From contig CAXXVO010000009.1 of NCBI GenBank assembly GCA_963422645.2, positions 192,001 to 256,000 on the forward strand: a stretch of 64,000 nucleotides of DNA. The letters run 5' to 3'. Of this stretch, positions 10,350 to 19,900 are shown piece by piece (within the stretch, counting starts at the first letter, position 1; every line of letters starts with the position of its first letter). Both the position numbers and the translations under genes were made by a program. The notes under the pieces were generated by a model, which made no database searches, was not told where the DNA came from, and saw only the letters and a program-made list of their open reading frames with translations. This DNA is from Alphaproteobacteria bacterium (GTDB lineage Bacteria > Pseudomonadota > Alphaproteobacteria > UBA828).

Positions 10350-12305
10350 ATGGCCTTCGACACCCTGTTCAGCCCGATCACCGTGGGCGCTCGCCAATTG
10401 CGCAACCGCATCGTCCATGCCGCCACCGTCACCGGCCTCGGCAAGGACCGCGCCGTGACCGACCGCTTGATCGCCTACCACGCGGCCCGGGCGCGCGGCG
10501 GCACCGCGATGATCGTGACCGAGCTGATGAACGTTCACCCCACCAGCAGCGGCGCGCCGATTCTGGTGAGCATCCACGACGAAGCCAACCTGGGGGGCCT
10601 CTCGCGCTGGGCCGAGGCGGTGGAGCGCCACGGCTGCCGGCTGATCGGCCAGCTCGGCCACATCGGCCGCCAGCAGCTCTGGGGCCTCGATTCCGTGCCG
10701 CGCAGCGCGTCCTCGCAACCCGAGACGCTCTATTGGAACAGCGCCCGGCCGCTCGGCGAAGACGAGATTCCGGGCATCGTCGCCGGCTATGCGGAGAGCG
10801 CGGAGCGGCTGAAGCGCGCGGGCTTCAGCGGGGTCGAGCTGCACGGCGCCCACGGCTATCTGATCGCGCAGTTCCTCTCGCCCGCCTGCAACGACCGGAG
10901 GGACGGCTACGGCGGCAGCCTCGAAGGCCGCACCCGCTTCATGCGCGAGGTGATGGCAGCGGTCCGCGCCGCCTGCGGCGACGACTTCATCGTCGGCATC
11001 AAGCTGCCGGCGGACGAGCGCGTGCCGGGCGGCATCGACCCCGACGAAGCGGAGCGCATCGCCCGCGCGGCCGCGGCCGAGGGCGTGCTCGACTATCTCG
11101 CCTTCAGCCAGGGCGCGTTCGGACCTGCGTTCGATACCCATCTGCCTGACATACATTACCCGCCCCGGCCCTTCCTGCCGCTTCACACGCGGCTTCGCGC
11201 AGCCGGCGGCGGGCTCCCGGTGATCGGCCTCGGCCGGATCGAATCGGCCGAAGCGGCAGAGACGGCGCTTGCCGAGGGCGCCTGCGACTTGGTCGGCTTC
11301 AGCCGCCTGTTGATATCGGACGCCGATTGGCCGCGCAAGACGGAGGCCGGCCGCGCCGGCGACGTCCGCGCCTGCACCTTCTGCAACTATTGCTGGGGCG
11401 AGATTCACGCGGGCAAGCCCATCCGCTGCTTCCAGAATCCCGTGCTGGCGAGCGCGGACGAGACCGATTGGCGGCCGCCACCGGCCGATGAGCCCAAGCG
11501 CTTGGTGGTGGTCGGTGCCGGGCTCGCCGGGCTGGAGGCCGCGTGGATCGCGGCGGCCCGTGGCCATGCGGTCACCCTGTTCTCGGCAAGCGCCGAGCCC
11601 GGCGGCGCGGCCCGCATCGAGGCCCTCCTGCCGGGCCGGGCGGAGGTGATGAAGACCGCCGAATTCCAGCATCGCAAGGCCGCAGAGGCAGGCGCCGAAT
11701 TCCGCTTCGGCGAAACCGCGACGACGGCGGCGGTGATGGCGTGCGAGCCCGACGCGGTGATCCTCGCCGCGGGCTCGCAGATGCGCTGGCCGCCGGCGCT
11801 CGTCGAGGGCGCCAAGGCGGTCGATCTGAGGCAAGCCGTCGCAGCGCTGGCCGAAATCGATGTTCCGCCGTCGCCGGGCACTGCGGTGCTGCTCGACATG
11901 GACCAGACACCCGCCGTCTATGGCGCAGTGGAGTTGTTGGCGCAGCGCTTCGCCCGCGTCGTCCTGCTGACCCCGGCGGCGGAGAACGCCCGCTTCGTCA
12001 ACCTGATGTCGCGCATGGGGGTCGAGCGCAGGCTCGCGCAACTCGGCATCGACGTGCGCCGGCTCACCGAGCCGATCGGGCGCCAAGGCGAGCGCGTCAC
12101 CTGCCGCCACGTGATCACCGGCGCCGAGACGCTGATCGAGGATGTCGCGCTGTTCACCTATGCCACACCCCGTGCCGCGCGGGGGGAGCTTGCGGACGAT
12201 CTGGCGGAAGCCGGGGTTCCCGTCACGCTCATCGGCGACTGCCTGCTACCGCGCGACGCCGCGTCCGCCATCCACGACGGCCACCGCGCCGCGCTTGCCC
12301 TGTGA
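10350..12305 (+). CDS. NADH:flavin oxidoreductase (OYE TIM barrel + 4Fe-4S + FAD domain)
   Basis: ELHGAHGYLIAQFLSP, CTFCNYC cluster motif, GAGLAG. Confidence 0.93.
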   Translation: MAFDTLFSPITVGARQLRNRIVHAATVTGLGKDRAVTDRLIAYHAARARGGTAMIVTELMNVHPTSSGAPILVSIHDEANLGGLSRWAEAVERHGCRLIGQLGHIGRQQLWGLDSVPRSASSQPETLYWNSARPLGEDEIPGIVAGYAESAERLKRAGFSGVELHGAHGYLIAQFLSPACNDRRDGYGGSLEGRTRFMREVMAAVRAACGDDFIVGIKLPADERVPGGIDPDEAERIARAAAAEGVLDYLAFSQGAFGPAFDTHLPDIHYPPRPFLPLHTRLRAAGGGLPVIGLGRIESAEAAETALAEGACDLVGFSRLLISDADWPRKTEAGRAGDVRACTFCNYCWGEIHAGKPIRCFQNPVLASADETDWRPPPADEPKRLVVVGAGLAGLEAAWIAAARGHAVTLFSASAEPGGAARIEALLPGRAEVMKTAEFQHRKAAEAGAEFRFGETATTAAVMACEPDAVILAAGSQMRWPPALVEGAKAVDLRQAVAALAEIDVPPSPGTAVLLDMDQTPAVYGAVELLAQRFARVVLLTPAAENARFVNLMSRMGVERRLAQLGIDVRRLTEPIGRQGERVTCRHVITGAETLIEDVALFTYATPRAARGELADDLAEAGVPVTLIGDCLLPRDAASAIHDGHRAALAL

Positions 12306-12432
12306 TCGCTACGTGAGCGAGTTCGCGGGGCGGCACAACATCCGGGAGAAGGACACCGCCGAGCAGATGGGCCACATCGCAGAAGGCATGGTGGGGAAGC
12401 GGCTGCGCTACCGGGAGTTGGCGCAGGGGTGA
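12305..12432 (+). pseudogene. IS1595-family transposase C-terminal fragment
   Basis: RYVSEFAGRHNIREKDT..QM....GMVGKRLRYREL resembles the IS1595 (ISXO2-like) C-terminus. Confidence 0.75.
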
Positions 12433-12487
12433 CGGGATCAAGGGGTTGGGAGTAACTCGCGGCTCGCCATCAGCTCAACGATCACCC

Positions 12488-13108
12488 TCATTGTTCCACT
12501 TCTGCCTGAAGCTCAGGCAGTTCTAGCCACTGCAAGTTCTGGAGCCCTTCATAGAATGACCTCGCCATCGCAAGAGGAAGAGTCTTGCGATTTGTCAGAA
12601 GGAGGTTATCCATCATTCGTCTCATGTCAGCGAGGGCCTGCTTCAAGTCTGTTCTTTTCTGATTTCCTAGCGAGGATGTTCGTGATTCGATCGCGACTTC
12701 AAAAGCAGTCTCGAATTTTGTAAAGAGAGCAAAGCGCACAGCATCCGATGGGATAGGTGGCCGACCCTCTTCTGGAGGGGAAAAAGTTGGAGCGGAGAAG
12801 ATTTTCTCGAAGTGAGTTGAGATAAGCCTTTGGATGTAATAAATCTGTTCTTCTCCCTCATCTTCTCCGATGTCCCCCTCATCCGATGTCTTCCCCGCCT
12901 CATGTCTCTTAATCTGTAAATCCTCCTTTTTCATATGCATTCCGTATAGCGCCATCGGAAAAGCAATGAACCCTGCGGCGACGGTAAAGATGTTCCTTGC
13001 CGCCTCCAATGTGGAGGTGTTCTCTGTGACTATAACGTCGAGATGAGCAAGAGTTCCTAGAGCAGCGACAAAAATGCAGGTTGACCAAACGACCACAAAG
13101 ATGAACAT
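12488..13108 (-). CDS. Hypothetical protein, two N-terminal TM helices (low GC)
   Basis: 206-aa ORF in an AT-richer segment; last of three abutting genes. Confidence 0.7.
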   Translation of the reverse strand: MFIFVVVWSTCIFVAALGTLAHLDVIVTENTSTLEAARNIFTVAAGFIAFPMALYGMHMKKEDLQIKRHEAGKTSDEGDIGEDEGEEQIYYIQRLISTHFEKIFSAPTFSPPEEGRPPIPSDAVRFALFTKFETAFEVAIESRTSSLGNQKRTDLKQALADMRRMMDNLLLTNRKTLPLAMARSFYEGLQNLQWLELPELQAEVEQ

Positions 13109-13111
13109 TGG

Positions 13112-13417
13112 CTATGACTTGTCTACATCCCACTTGCTTATTCCAGCGAGCTTCGCGCTATAAAAGTTCACATGACCACACGATTTGCATACCAATAGTG
13201 CAAGTGGATAGGTTATCCCGTTCAAGCTCCACTCTTCTTCATTGGGATCCCATCGTGGGCAAGTCACCAAGGCAGGTGTGATCTCAACAGAGTCGGACTT
13301 GCATTCTCTGCAGCGCCTGCTTCCATGAACCTTGCGCCTAAGAAATCTTAAGAAAGTATCTCGCCAGTCATTAGTGGTCGGCTTGAGTGTGTCGTCTGTC
13401 ACGCTCATGCTGCCCAC
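13112..13417 (-). CDS. Hypothetical zinc-ribbon protein
   Basis: CRECKS ... CKSCGH CxxC pairs. Confidence 0.7.
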   Translation of the reverse strand: MGSMSVTDDTLKPTTNDWRDTFLRFLRRKVHGSRRCRECKSDSVEITPALVTCPRWDPNEEEWSLNGITYPLALLVCKSCGHVNFYSAKLAGISKWDVDKS

Positions 13418-13599
13418 ACCTCCTTCACGATGAAGGTGTCGCGCAGAAATTCATTTCCGCAGATGGCGTCGGGCCGACTGGCAGGTGCCAGCATATAGAC
13501 ATTAGAGGAAAGGGAGTCTTCGATGAGCGAATCAGGCGGCTGATCGTCATCATCCGTTAATTCGTCATCATTACCCTTGATAGCATCACTTTCGTTCAT
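13405..13599 (-). CDS. Small acidic hypothetical protein
   Basis: GGGAGA RBS-like site upstream; overlaps next ORF. Confidence 0.45.
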   Translation of the reverse strand: MNESDAIKGNDDELTDDDDQPPDSLIEDSLSSNVYMLAPASRPDAICGNEFLRDTFIVKEVWAA

Positions 13600-14029
13600 G
13601 ACACATCTCCCGTTGCTACAGGGAGCGTGCCCGCGCTAAGCTGCGCTTCTCGATTCGTCGCAGCGGCGGGGCTTCATCCCCGTTGGAAGTTACATGGGGC
13701 GGAGGCAGCCTGGCGGGGCTTGCCTCCGTTTCCCTTTAGAGGCGAAGTCTGTGCCTCCATCCGATCTCTGTCAATGCGGGAGCCGGCATTTCCCCGATAT
13801 CCCCATGTTTCACAGCGGTCGGCGCATCCCAACGTCAAACCTGGCTCCCGCCAAACGCGGCGGTCAGATCGGATTGTCGTTACAGGCTCCAAATGACGAG
13901 GCTCGGGATCGTCCCGACCTGCGGGCTGCCGTGTGTGTGCGAGAACAAGTGTGCGCGGTCGCGCTGGGCGAGGCAATGGACTAAGTGATAGGTGGGGAAC
14001 GACGAAGCTGGAAGCCAGGATCGCATCCC

Positions 14030-14236
14030 ATGCCAGATAACTCTTCAGCCAAGGGTCAGCCGACCCCTGCGGCCAAGCCCGTGGTGCGCGTGCGCCCCTT
14101 CAGCTACCAGCCCAGCAAGCACGAACTGGAGGAGCCGGTCATCCTCCGCAAGCCCGATGGCTCTGCGCCTACGGTGGACGAGGTGGTTTCGGCTGTTCAA
14201 CGCCCGGTCAAGGTGGTCGAGGACCCGGACGCTTAG
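14030..14236 (+). CDS. Small hypothetical protein near the IS1595 end
   Basis: VRVRPFSYQPSKHELEEPV; GC-rich codon use; directly inside the IS1595-like terminus. Confidence 0.55.
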   Translation: MPDNSSAKGQPTPAAKPVVRVRPFSYQPSKHELEEPVILRKPDGSAPTVDEVVSAVQRPVKVVEDPDA

Positions 14237-14367
14237 CCGTCCCTGTGGCACTCTCGTATATAATCGTAACTGCCCAGGTCTGATTCTGCCGAGCACTCGG
14301 ACGTGATGGATTGATGGTTCTGACCAGCCAGGGGTCAGGCGGCGCTTTCCCGGAGCAGCGCAGGATT

Positions 14368-15909
14368 TCAGAAGCGCAATACGGGGATCAGCTGGATTGG
14401 ATCGGGGTGCGCCAGGGTTTCGAGGACATTCCAGCGCTGTTTTCGAGCGGTGGCGATGACGGATCGCAGGTTTGCGAAGTCGCGGGCGCCTTGTATCGAG
14501 CGGAAGCCGCCTGAGATTTTCTGGCGCAGCTTGCCCATTCGGAGGTCGCGCTCGGCCTCGTTGTTGGAGAAGGGGGTTCGCGGATCGGTGAGGAAGCGCA
14601 GGCACCCCTCCTTGTACTTCTGGAGTCGGAGGGCGAGGTTGTGACCGATGCGGCGCTTTTGTCGTCCGCGCTTTCCGGTCTGGAGCGGTGGCATTTCTTC
14701 GTGAGAGGCGATGGCACGTTCGAGGATGCGGTCCCAGGCTCGCGAGATGCGGGCCACCAGTGAGGCGGGCACGTCGCGGTCGTTCTTGTGGGCGAAGCGG
14801 GCGGCTCTGTTGGCACGGATGAGGAGCCGGTGCGTGCTCGTTGCCCAGTCTTCCTTCTCGATCTCGATGAGGGCTTGGAGCTCGCGCAGGTGATGGGCGT
14901 TGCAGGCCCCGTGGCGCACGCCCTCGAGAGCGAAGTAGGTGGCGTAGTCGTCATGGATGACGATGCCGTTGAGCTTCTCGTCGATGTGGCTGCGCCCGGT
15001 GGCGACGCGCAGGATGGTGAGCAACGGGGTGCACAGCACATGGAGCCAATGGGTCCGGGCGGCGATGCGGATGCCGGTCTCGTCGAGGTGTTTGACTGGG
15101 GCTGCGGTGCGGATGATCTCCGCGAGGCGATCGAGGAAGCCCTCGAAGCGCCGGGCGGTGCGCCTTCCCATGGCGACGATGGTGGCTGTTGAGAGCTTGA
15201 CCGCGAAGAGGTCGCTCATGACCTCGGCGACCCGCTTCTCGGGAATGAACTGAGCGTGCAGCAGGTAGGTCACCCACGCGGTGATGCGCGGCCCGTATTG
15301 GACCGGTGCGCTCACGCCGTTCGGGAAGACGGCTGTCGTCACGGTGCCGCAGGCAGCGCAGAGGCAACGATGGCCGCGATGTTCGGTGACCTCGAGGGGC
15401 TGCGGCTCGGGCACATCGAAGACCTGCCGGCAGACGGGGGCTCCGTGACGGTCAGCGTCCGACAGCGGCGCGCCGCAGCCCTCACAGGCGGACGGATCAT
15501 GATCGACGACATGGTCGGGCGTCGCGGTCCGCTCCAGGGTAGTTCCCTTGTGGCCCGGCTGGCCGCCACTGGGCCTGTCGGACTTGCCGCGCTGGCTCCG
15601 GGTGCGCTTCTCCCGGTCACCGCTCTTCTTCTTCAGACCGTCGCTGGCCGGCGGCTTGGAGCTGGTGGTGCTGTCGAGCGCGGCGCTGCGCTCGAGTTCG
15701 GCGATCCGCTCGCGCAAGCGGGCGTTCTCCCGCTCCAGCGCGTCGTTCTCCTTGACCAGGGCCGCGCTCAGGCGCAGCAACCCCTGGCCCCATTCCCGAA
15801 TGGCTTTGACGGCGGTCATTGCGAAGGATTGTGGGGTGAAAAGGTCCTGCAGGCACGCGAAGGCCTCGTCGTGGGCAGCGAGGTCCTCGTGCCAGCGCGA
15901 CACTGTCAC
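14368..15909 (-). CDS. tnpC: IS66 transposase TnpC
   Basis: Coiled coil, SSKPPASD, GGQPGHKG, CxxC zinc finger, HLDETG, CNAHHLREL, NNEAERDLR; GTG start overlaps MTase stop (GTGA). Confidence 0.95.
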   Translation of the reverse strand: MTVSRWHEDLAAHDEAFACLQDLFTPQSFAMTAVKAIREWGQGLLRLSAALVKENDALERENARLRERIAELERSAALDSTTSSKPPASDGLKKKSGDREKRTRSQRGKSDRPSGGQPGHKGTTLERTATPDHVVDHDPSACEGCGAPLSDADRHGAPVCRQVFDVPEPQPLEVTEHRGHRCLCAACGTVTTAVFPNGVSAPVQYGPRITAWVTYLLHAQFIPEKRVAEVMSDLFAVKLSTATIVAMGRRTARRFEGFLDRLAEIIRTAAPVKHLDETGIRIAARTHWLHVLCTPLLTILRVATGRSHIDEKLNGIVIHDDYATYFALEGVRHGACNAHHLRELQALIEIEKEDWATSTHRLLIRANRAARFAHKNDRDVPASLVARISRAWDRILERAIASHEEMPPLQTGKRGRQKRRIGHNLALRLQKYKEGCLRFLTDPRTPFSNNEAERDLRMGKLRQKISGGFRSIQGARDFANLRSVIATARKQRWNVLETLAHPDPIQLIPVLRF

Positions 15910-16574
15910 GAACCCTCGTCGGCCTCGACGGCCATGATCGCGGCCAGCACCGCCAGGCGTTCGCCCGCCGGCATGGCCTCGTAGCGCCGGCCCCAGTTGG
16001 CCGCCTTGCGCTTGATGCACTGGCGCTCGGTGAAGTTCCGGCCGGCGAAGCTCGCCCAGTGCACCCGGTCAGGCGCGAAGTTGAACCACACGACCTCGGT
16101 CCGCACCTGGGCCTGGGTCGTCACCTGCAGCGCCAGCCGGCGCCAGCCCGCCAGCAGCTCGTCATAGAGCGCAGACGGGTGGCCCGAGACCATCACCTGG
16201 CAGGGCAGACCCTTGAGCAGTTCGAGGAGCGCGACGTGGTCGGCCTCCTCGTACTCGAAGCGGTAGCGCTGCGACGAACGCCGGGTCGCGTGCAGATAGG
16301 GCGGATCGCTGTAGACCAGCTCCGGGCCCAGAAACGGGAACGAGGCCAGGAAGGAATGGGCGCAGCCGTGCACCAACTCCACCGGGTAGTCGCAGCCAAA
16401 GGCCTCAAGCGCCCGCTCGTCGCGGTCGATCCCGATCGAGCGCATGGCCGCAGGCTTGCGCTTCATCAGCGCCCCGCCCCCAAGATGGCTCTCGATATAG
16501 ACAGAGTGCGGCGGCATCAGCGCAATCAGCGCCTGGCTCAGACCGGTCGTCGCCTTCGACCCGAAATACCCCAC
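15906..16574 (-). CDS. Dam/D12-class N6-adenine DNA methyltransferase (IS66 passenger)
   Basis: YFGSK, YIESHLGGG (motif I-like), GID, VYSDPPY (motif IV), RTEVVWFN. Confidence 0.88.
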   Translation of the reverse strand: MGYFGSKATTGLSQALIALMPPHSVYIESHLGGGALMKRKPAAMRSIGIDRDERALEAFGCDYPVELVHGCAHSFLASFPFLGPELVYSDPPYLHATRRSSQRYRFEYEEADHVALLELLKGLPCQVMVSGHPSALYDELLAGWRRLALQVTTQAQVRTEVVWFNFAPDRVHWASFAGRNFTERQCIKRKAANWGRRYEAMPAGERLAVLAAIMAVEADEGS

Positions 16575-16621
16575 CGGCTGCTCCTCTCATGCGAGAGTGC
16601 AACCCATAGGCGAGATAACCT

Positions 16622-19134
16622 CAGACTTCCTGACCTCGTGATGCTGGCTGTTCTGGGCAGCGTGCCGGGAACTCCTTGAATTCTGATACATTTCGGTTGT
16701 TTCAGGCGGTTTTTCGCTGGGTGTCGCGCCCGAGGTCTGATATTATAATTTGATACCAATTGCACGGTCTCAACCATGCCCAGTACCCTCCCAATGTGCC
16801 CTCCAGAGGCGGTCTCGATCGGCAACAGCTGCTTCGCCGTCCTGATCTCGGACGACACCTTCACCTACTTTTCCAACCTCATTCCCTTTGACAGCCACGC
16901 CGCCGATGACCGCACGGCCATGCTCTTGCGGATCGGCCGCCTCGCGGCGATCAGCGCGGTCTCGCCGCAGGAACTGGCTGACGCTTTCGCTGTCTCGCGC
17001 GCGACGGTGCAGCGCGCACGACGGCGCTACCTGGCCGAGGGCGAAGCGGGGTTCATGAAGCCCCGGCGCGGTCGCGGGCCGTCGGTGTTCACTCCGGAGT
17101 TGGCGGAGAAGGCGACGGCGTTGCTGGCATCGGGCCTGAGCGGCTCTGCGGCGGCCCGGGTTCTCGGCGTGTCAGCGCCATCGGTCAACAAGTGGCGCCG
17201 TCAGGGACTGATCGGCAACACGGAGGCGGATGGGGAGCCCGGACGCTCAGCGCTGGCTGCGCCGCCTGACGCGGGTGCGGCTCCTGAAGGCCGTGTCGAT
17301 GAAGAGAGTACCGGTGCCCCGGGGCCGGAGACGGCGCCGGGGCTGGAAGCGCAGCCGCAAACGGATCGCAGCGCGCGCGATCGGCGGGACCGGCAGGCGC
17401 CGATGGGGCGTGCGACTTGCGATGTTCCGGCTCGGGTTCTGGCCAGTTGTGGACAGGCGGGGCCGGTCGAACCGCAGTTCGCCGCCGCCGCCCGCGGTGT
17501 CCGCTTCGGCGGCGTGCTCGCCGCCCTGCCGGCCCTGCTGAAGGAAGGTCTTCTCTCCGAGACCGGTCTCCTGCCATTGCTGCCGAAGGGCTATTACGGC
17601 TTGCCTACGATCCTGCTCTTCCTGGCCTTCATGACCTTGGCGCGGGTGCGCAACCCCGAGAGCCTGCGCTACCAGGCGCCGGGCGAATGGGGCGCCATTC
17701 TCGGCCTCGATCGCTGCCCCGAGGTCAAGACGCTGCGCCGCAAGATCGCTCTCATCGCCGACGACGAGGCCGGCGTGCGGGCGTGGCAGCTCGCCCTTGC
17801 CAGGCGCTGGCAGGCGCCGACGAGCCGGAGCTCTGGGCGACGCTGGCCATCGACGGGCACGTCAAGGTCTACTCCGGCCGCAAGGGGCGCTTGCCCAAGC
17901 ACTTCGTCTCGCGCGAGAAGCTGTGCCTGCCGGCGAGCGCCAGCTACTGGATCAACGCTCTGGGCGGCAAGCCGCTGCTCTGTCTGCACAAGCCGCTGGA
18001 CCCGAAGATGGTCGCGGCCATCGAAGCCGACGTGGTGCCGGCGCTGCAGGAGCTTGGGATCGTTGGCGCCGGGGCGCCGGACCTGACCGCCGAGCATCCC
18101 GGCCAGCCGGCGCTCACCCTGGTCTTCGACCGCGAGGGCTGGAGCCCGGATCTGTTCCGCCGGCTGGCGAGGCGCGGCGTCGCCTGCCTGACCTGGCACA
18201 AGAACTTCAGGGGCGAGGACTGGCCGGCCGAGGACTTCGGCGCGATGACCGTTCCCATTCACGGACCGGCGGCGGACGGCAGCGCCACCATGCGGCTGGC
18301 TGAGAAGCCGGTGACGTTGCCGAACGGCTTCAGGGTGCGCCAGATCCGCCGCCTGCTCGACAACGGCCGTCAGGTGCCGCTGATCACCACCGATCCGCAC
18401 AAGCCGATGGCTGAGGTTGCGGGCGCCATGTTCTCGCGCTGGTCGCAGGAGAACTTCTTCAAGTACATGCGTGACGAGTTCAATCTCGACGCCCTGCCGA
18501 CCCACGAGCTCGAGCCTCTCGATCCCGCCGCCATGGTCGTCAACCCGCTGCGGCGGGCCTATGACAAGGCAATCCATCGCCTCGACCGCCAGCTTGGCCG
18601 CCTGCGCAACCGCATCGCCGACACGGCCCGGAAGAAGCAGCCGACGGCGGAACTCAGGAGGGAAGTCAGGGACCTCCAGGATGTCCGCGACATCGTCAGG
18701 GCCAGCCGCAGGGAGACGCCCAAGCACTGCCGGGCCGGCGACCTCGACGAAGCCGAGCAGCTCGATGCCTTGCCCGCGCGCGAGCGCCTCCTCCTCGACG
18801 TCATCCGGATGATCGCCTACCGCGCCGAAACCCGCATGATGCTTCCCGTCATGCAGGCGCAGGGCCACAAGCCCCATCCCCGGAAACTGCTTCAAGCGCT
18901 GCTCACCGCCGATGCCGACATCCTGCCGGATCCTGGCAATGGCCTCCTGCGGGTCCACATTCTTGGCCTCGCAAACGACGCCTGCGACCGTTGGATCGAT
19001 GCGGTTCTGAGCGACCTGAACGCCACCGAAACGGTCTTCCCCGGCACCCGTCTGCGCATAGTCTACGACATCGACGGGGCCTCGGAATCCGCGCGGCTCG
19101 TGTCACCTAAAATCAGCAGAGGTCAGGAAGTCTG
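16622..19134 (+). mobile_element. Unclassified (ISNCY-like) insertion sequence nested in IS66 copy 1
   Basis: Perfect 16-bp TIR CAGACTTCCTGACCTC; 5-bp flanks AACCT/AAGCT. Confidence 0.9.
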
Positions 19135-19135
19135 A
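16776..19135 (+). pseudogene. Large DDE transposase with frameshift near 17815
   Basis: N-terminal HTHs; after the shift IDGHVKVY, LVFDREGWS, RWSQENFFKYM. Confidence 0.8.
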
Positions 19136-19244
19136 AGCTATACAGTCAAGCGGGGATCAACGACGCGCCGACGGCGAAACGGCACCGACGGCAAGCAACA
19201 TCAGCACGCACTCAGAACTGGCGGCGGGGTACCTGGGTAGTTAC

Positions 19245-19750
19245 AGCATGATAAAGAAGTGGCGCGGGTCCACCGGCGCCATTTGCCCGCGGCGGATCCA
19301 CTCTTCCACCACGTGGGCGCGCTGGTCGGTGACGTCGCGGATGTGCTGGCGCTGGTGCCGCTCCAGGAACTGGGCACCGCGCAGGATCTCGTTGGCGAAG
19401 AAGCGGGACTCGGTGGCGTGGCGGCGGGAATACTCGAGTTTCGCGCGAATGTAGGCGGCGATGGCCTCACGGGGTTCGTGCTCAGGGACGATATGCTCGA
19501 AGGCGCGGTCCCATCCCTCGATCAGGCGCTCGATCACGGCCGTGTAGATGCTCTCCTTGGTCGGAAAGTAGTAATAGACGTTCGTCTTGGGCAGGCCGCT
19601 GACCTTCGCGATTTCCTTGATGTGCGTGCCGTGAAAGCTCTTGTCGGCAAAGAGGCCGACGGCGGCGCGCAGGATTCTCTCCTCGTTGCGGGCCCGGATA
19701 CGCAGCGTCGGCGCCGCCGCCCCCGCATTTGCCTGCGCTCTCTTCGTCAT
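19245..19750 (-). pseudogene. RutR-family TetR regulator truncated at C-terminus by IS66
   Basis: SGLPKTNVYYYFPTKE HTH, YIRAKLEYSR, SRFFANEIL; ends VDPRHFFIML at the IS end. Confidence 0.88.
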
Positions 19751-19839
19751 GGATATCCCTCGCACTCTACGCCGGCGAGACCCACAGCCGGCGCCGTTCG
19801 CAGTCTAGCCCCGCATCCAGGCTGGGTAGAGAAAATACT

Positions 19840-19887
19840 TGACGTGCGTGTCAGGTTACCAAATCGTGGAACATGACACGCGTGTCA
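19840..19887. promoter_or_regulatory. Two TGAC-N6-GTCA operator sites (RutR-box architecture)
   Basis: TGACGTGCGTGTCA (19840-19853, overlapping a TTGACG -35-like hexamer) and perfect palindrome TGACACGCGTGTCA (19874-19887). Confidence 0.75.
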
Positions 19888-19900
19888 GCTTTTTGAGACC

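Larger units (their letters stand above)
12305..14265 (+). mobile_element. IS1595-family remnant with passenger genes
   Basis: Transposase tail, cargo ORFs, and a terminus ...CTCTCGTATATAATC cut by IS66; its continuation CCC TTTGAATA is the reverse complement of ~55623-55633. Confidence 0.65.
14266..19244 (-). mobile_element. IS66-family element with MTase, copy 1 (isoform A), containing a nested IS
   Basis: TIRs GTAACT(G/A)CCCAGGT; 4979 bp = 2461 (copy 3) + 2513 (nested IS) + 5 (TSD); flanks ATATAATC and AGCATGAT do not match. Confidence 0.95.

Noticed and set aside
15910-16020. N-terminal extension of TnpC given in the ORF track
   Set aside because: Overlaps the MTase and differs between isoforms; the GTGA-coupled start at 15909 is conserved
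15906-16574. MTase as part of a restriction-modification system
   Set aside because: No endonuclease gene; only MTase and TnpC lie inside the IS66 TIRs
17805-17825. Programmed ribosomal frameshift in the nested transposase
   Set aside because: No slippery run at the shift (CAGGCGCCGAC); an indel or sequencing error is more likely
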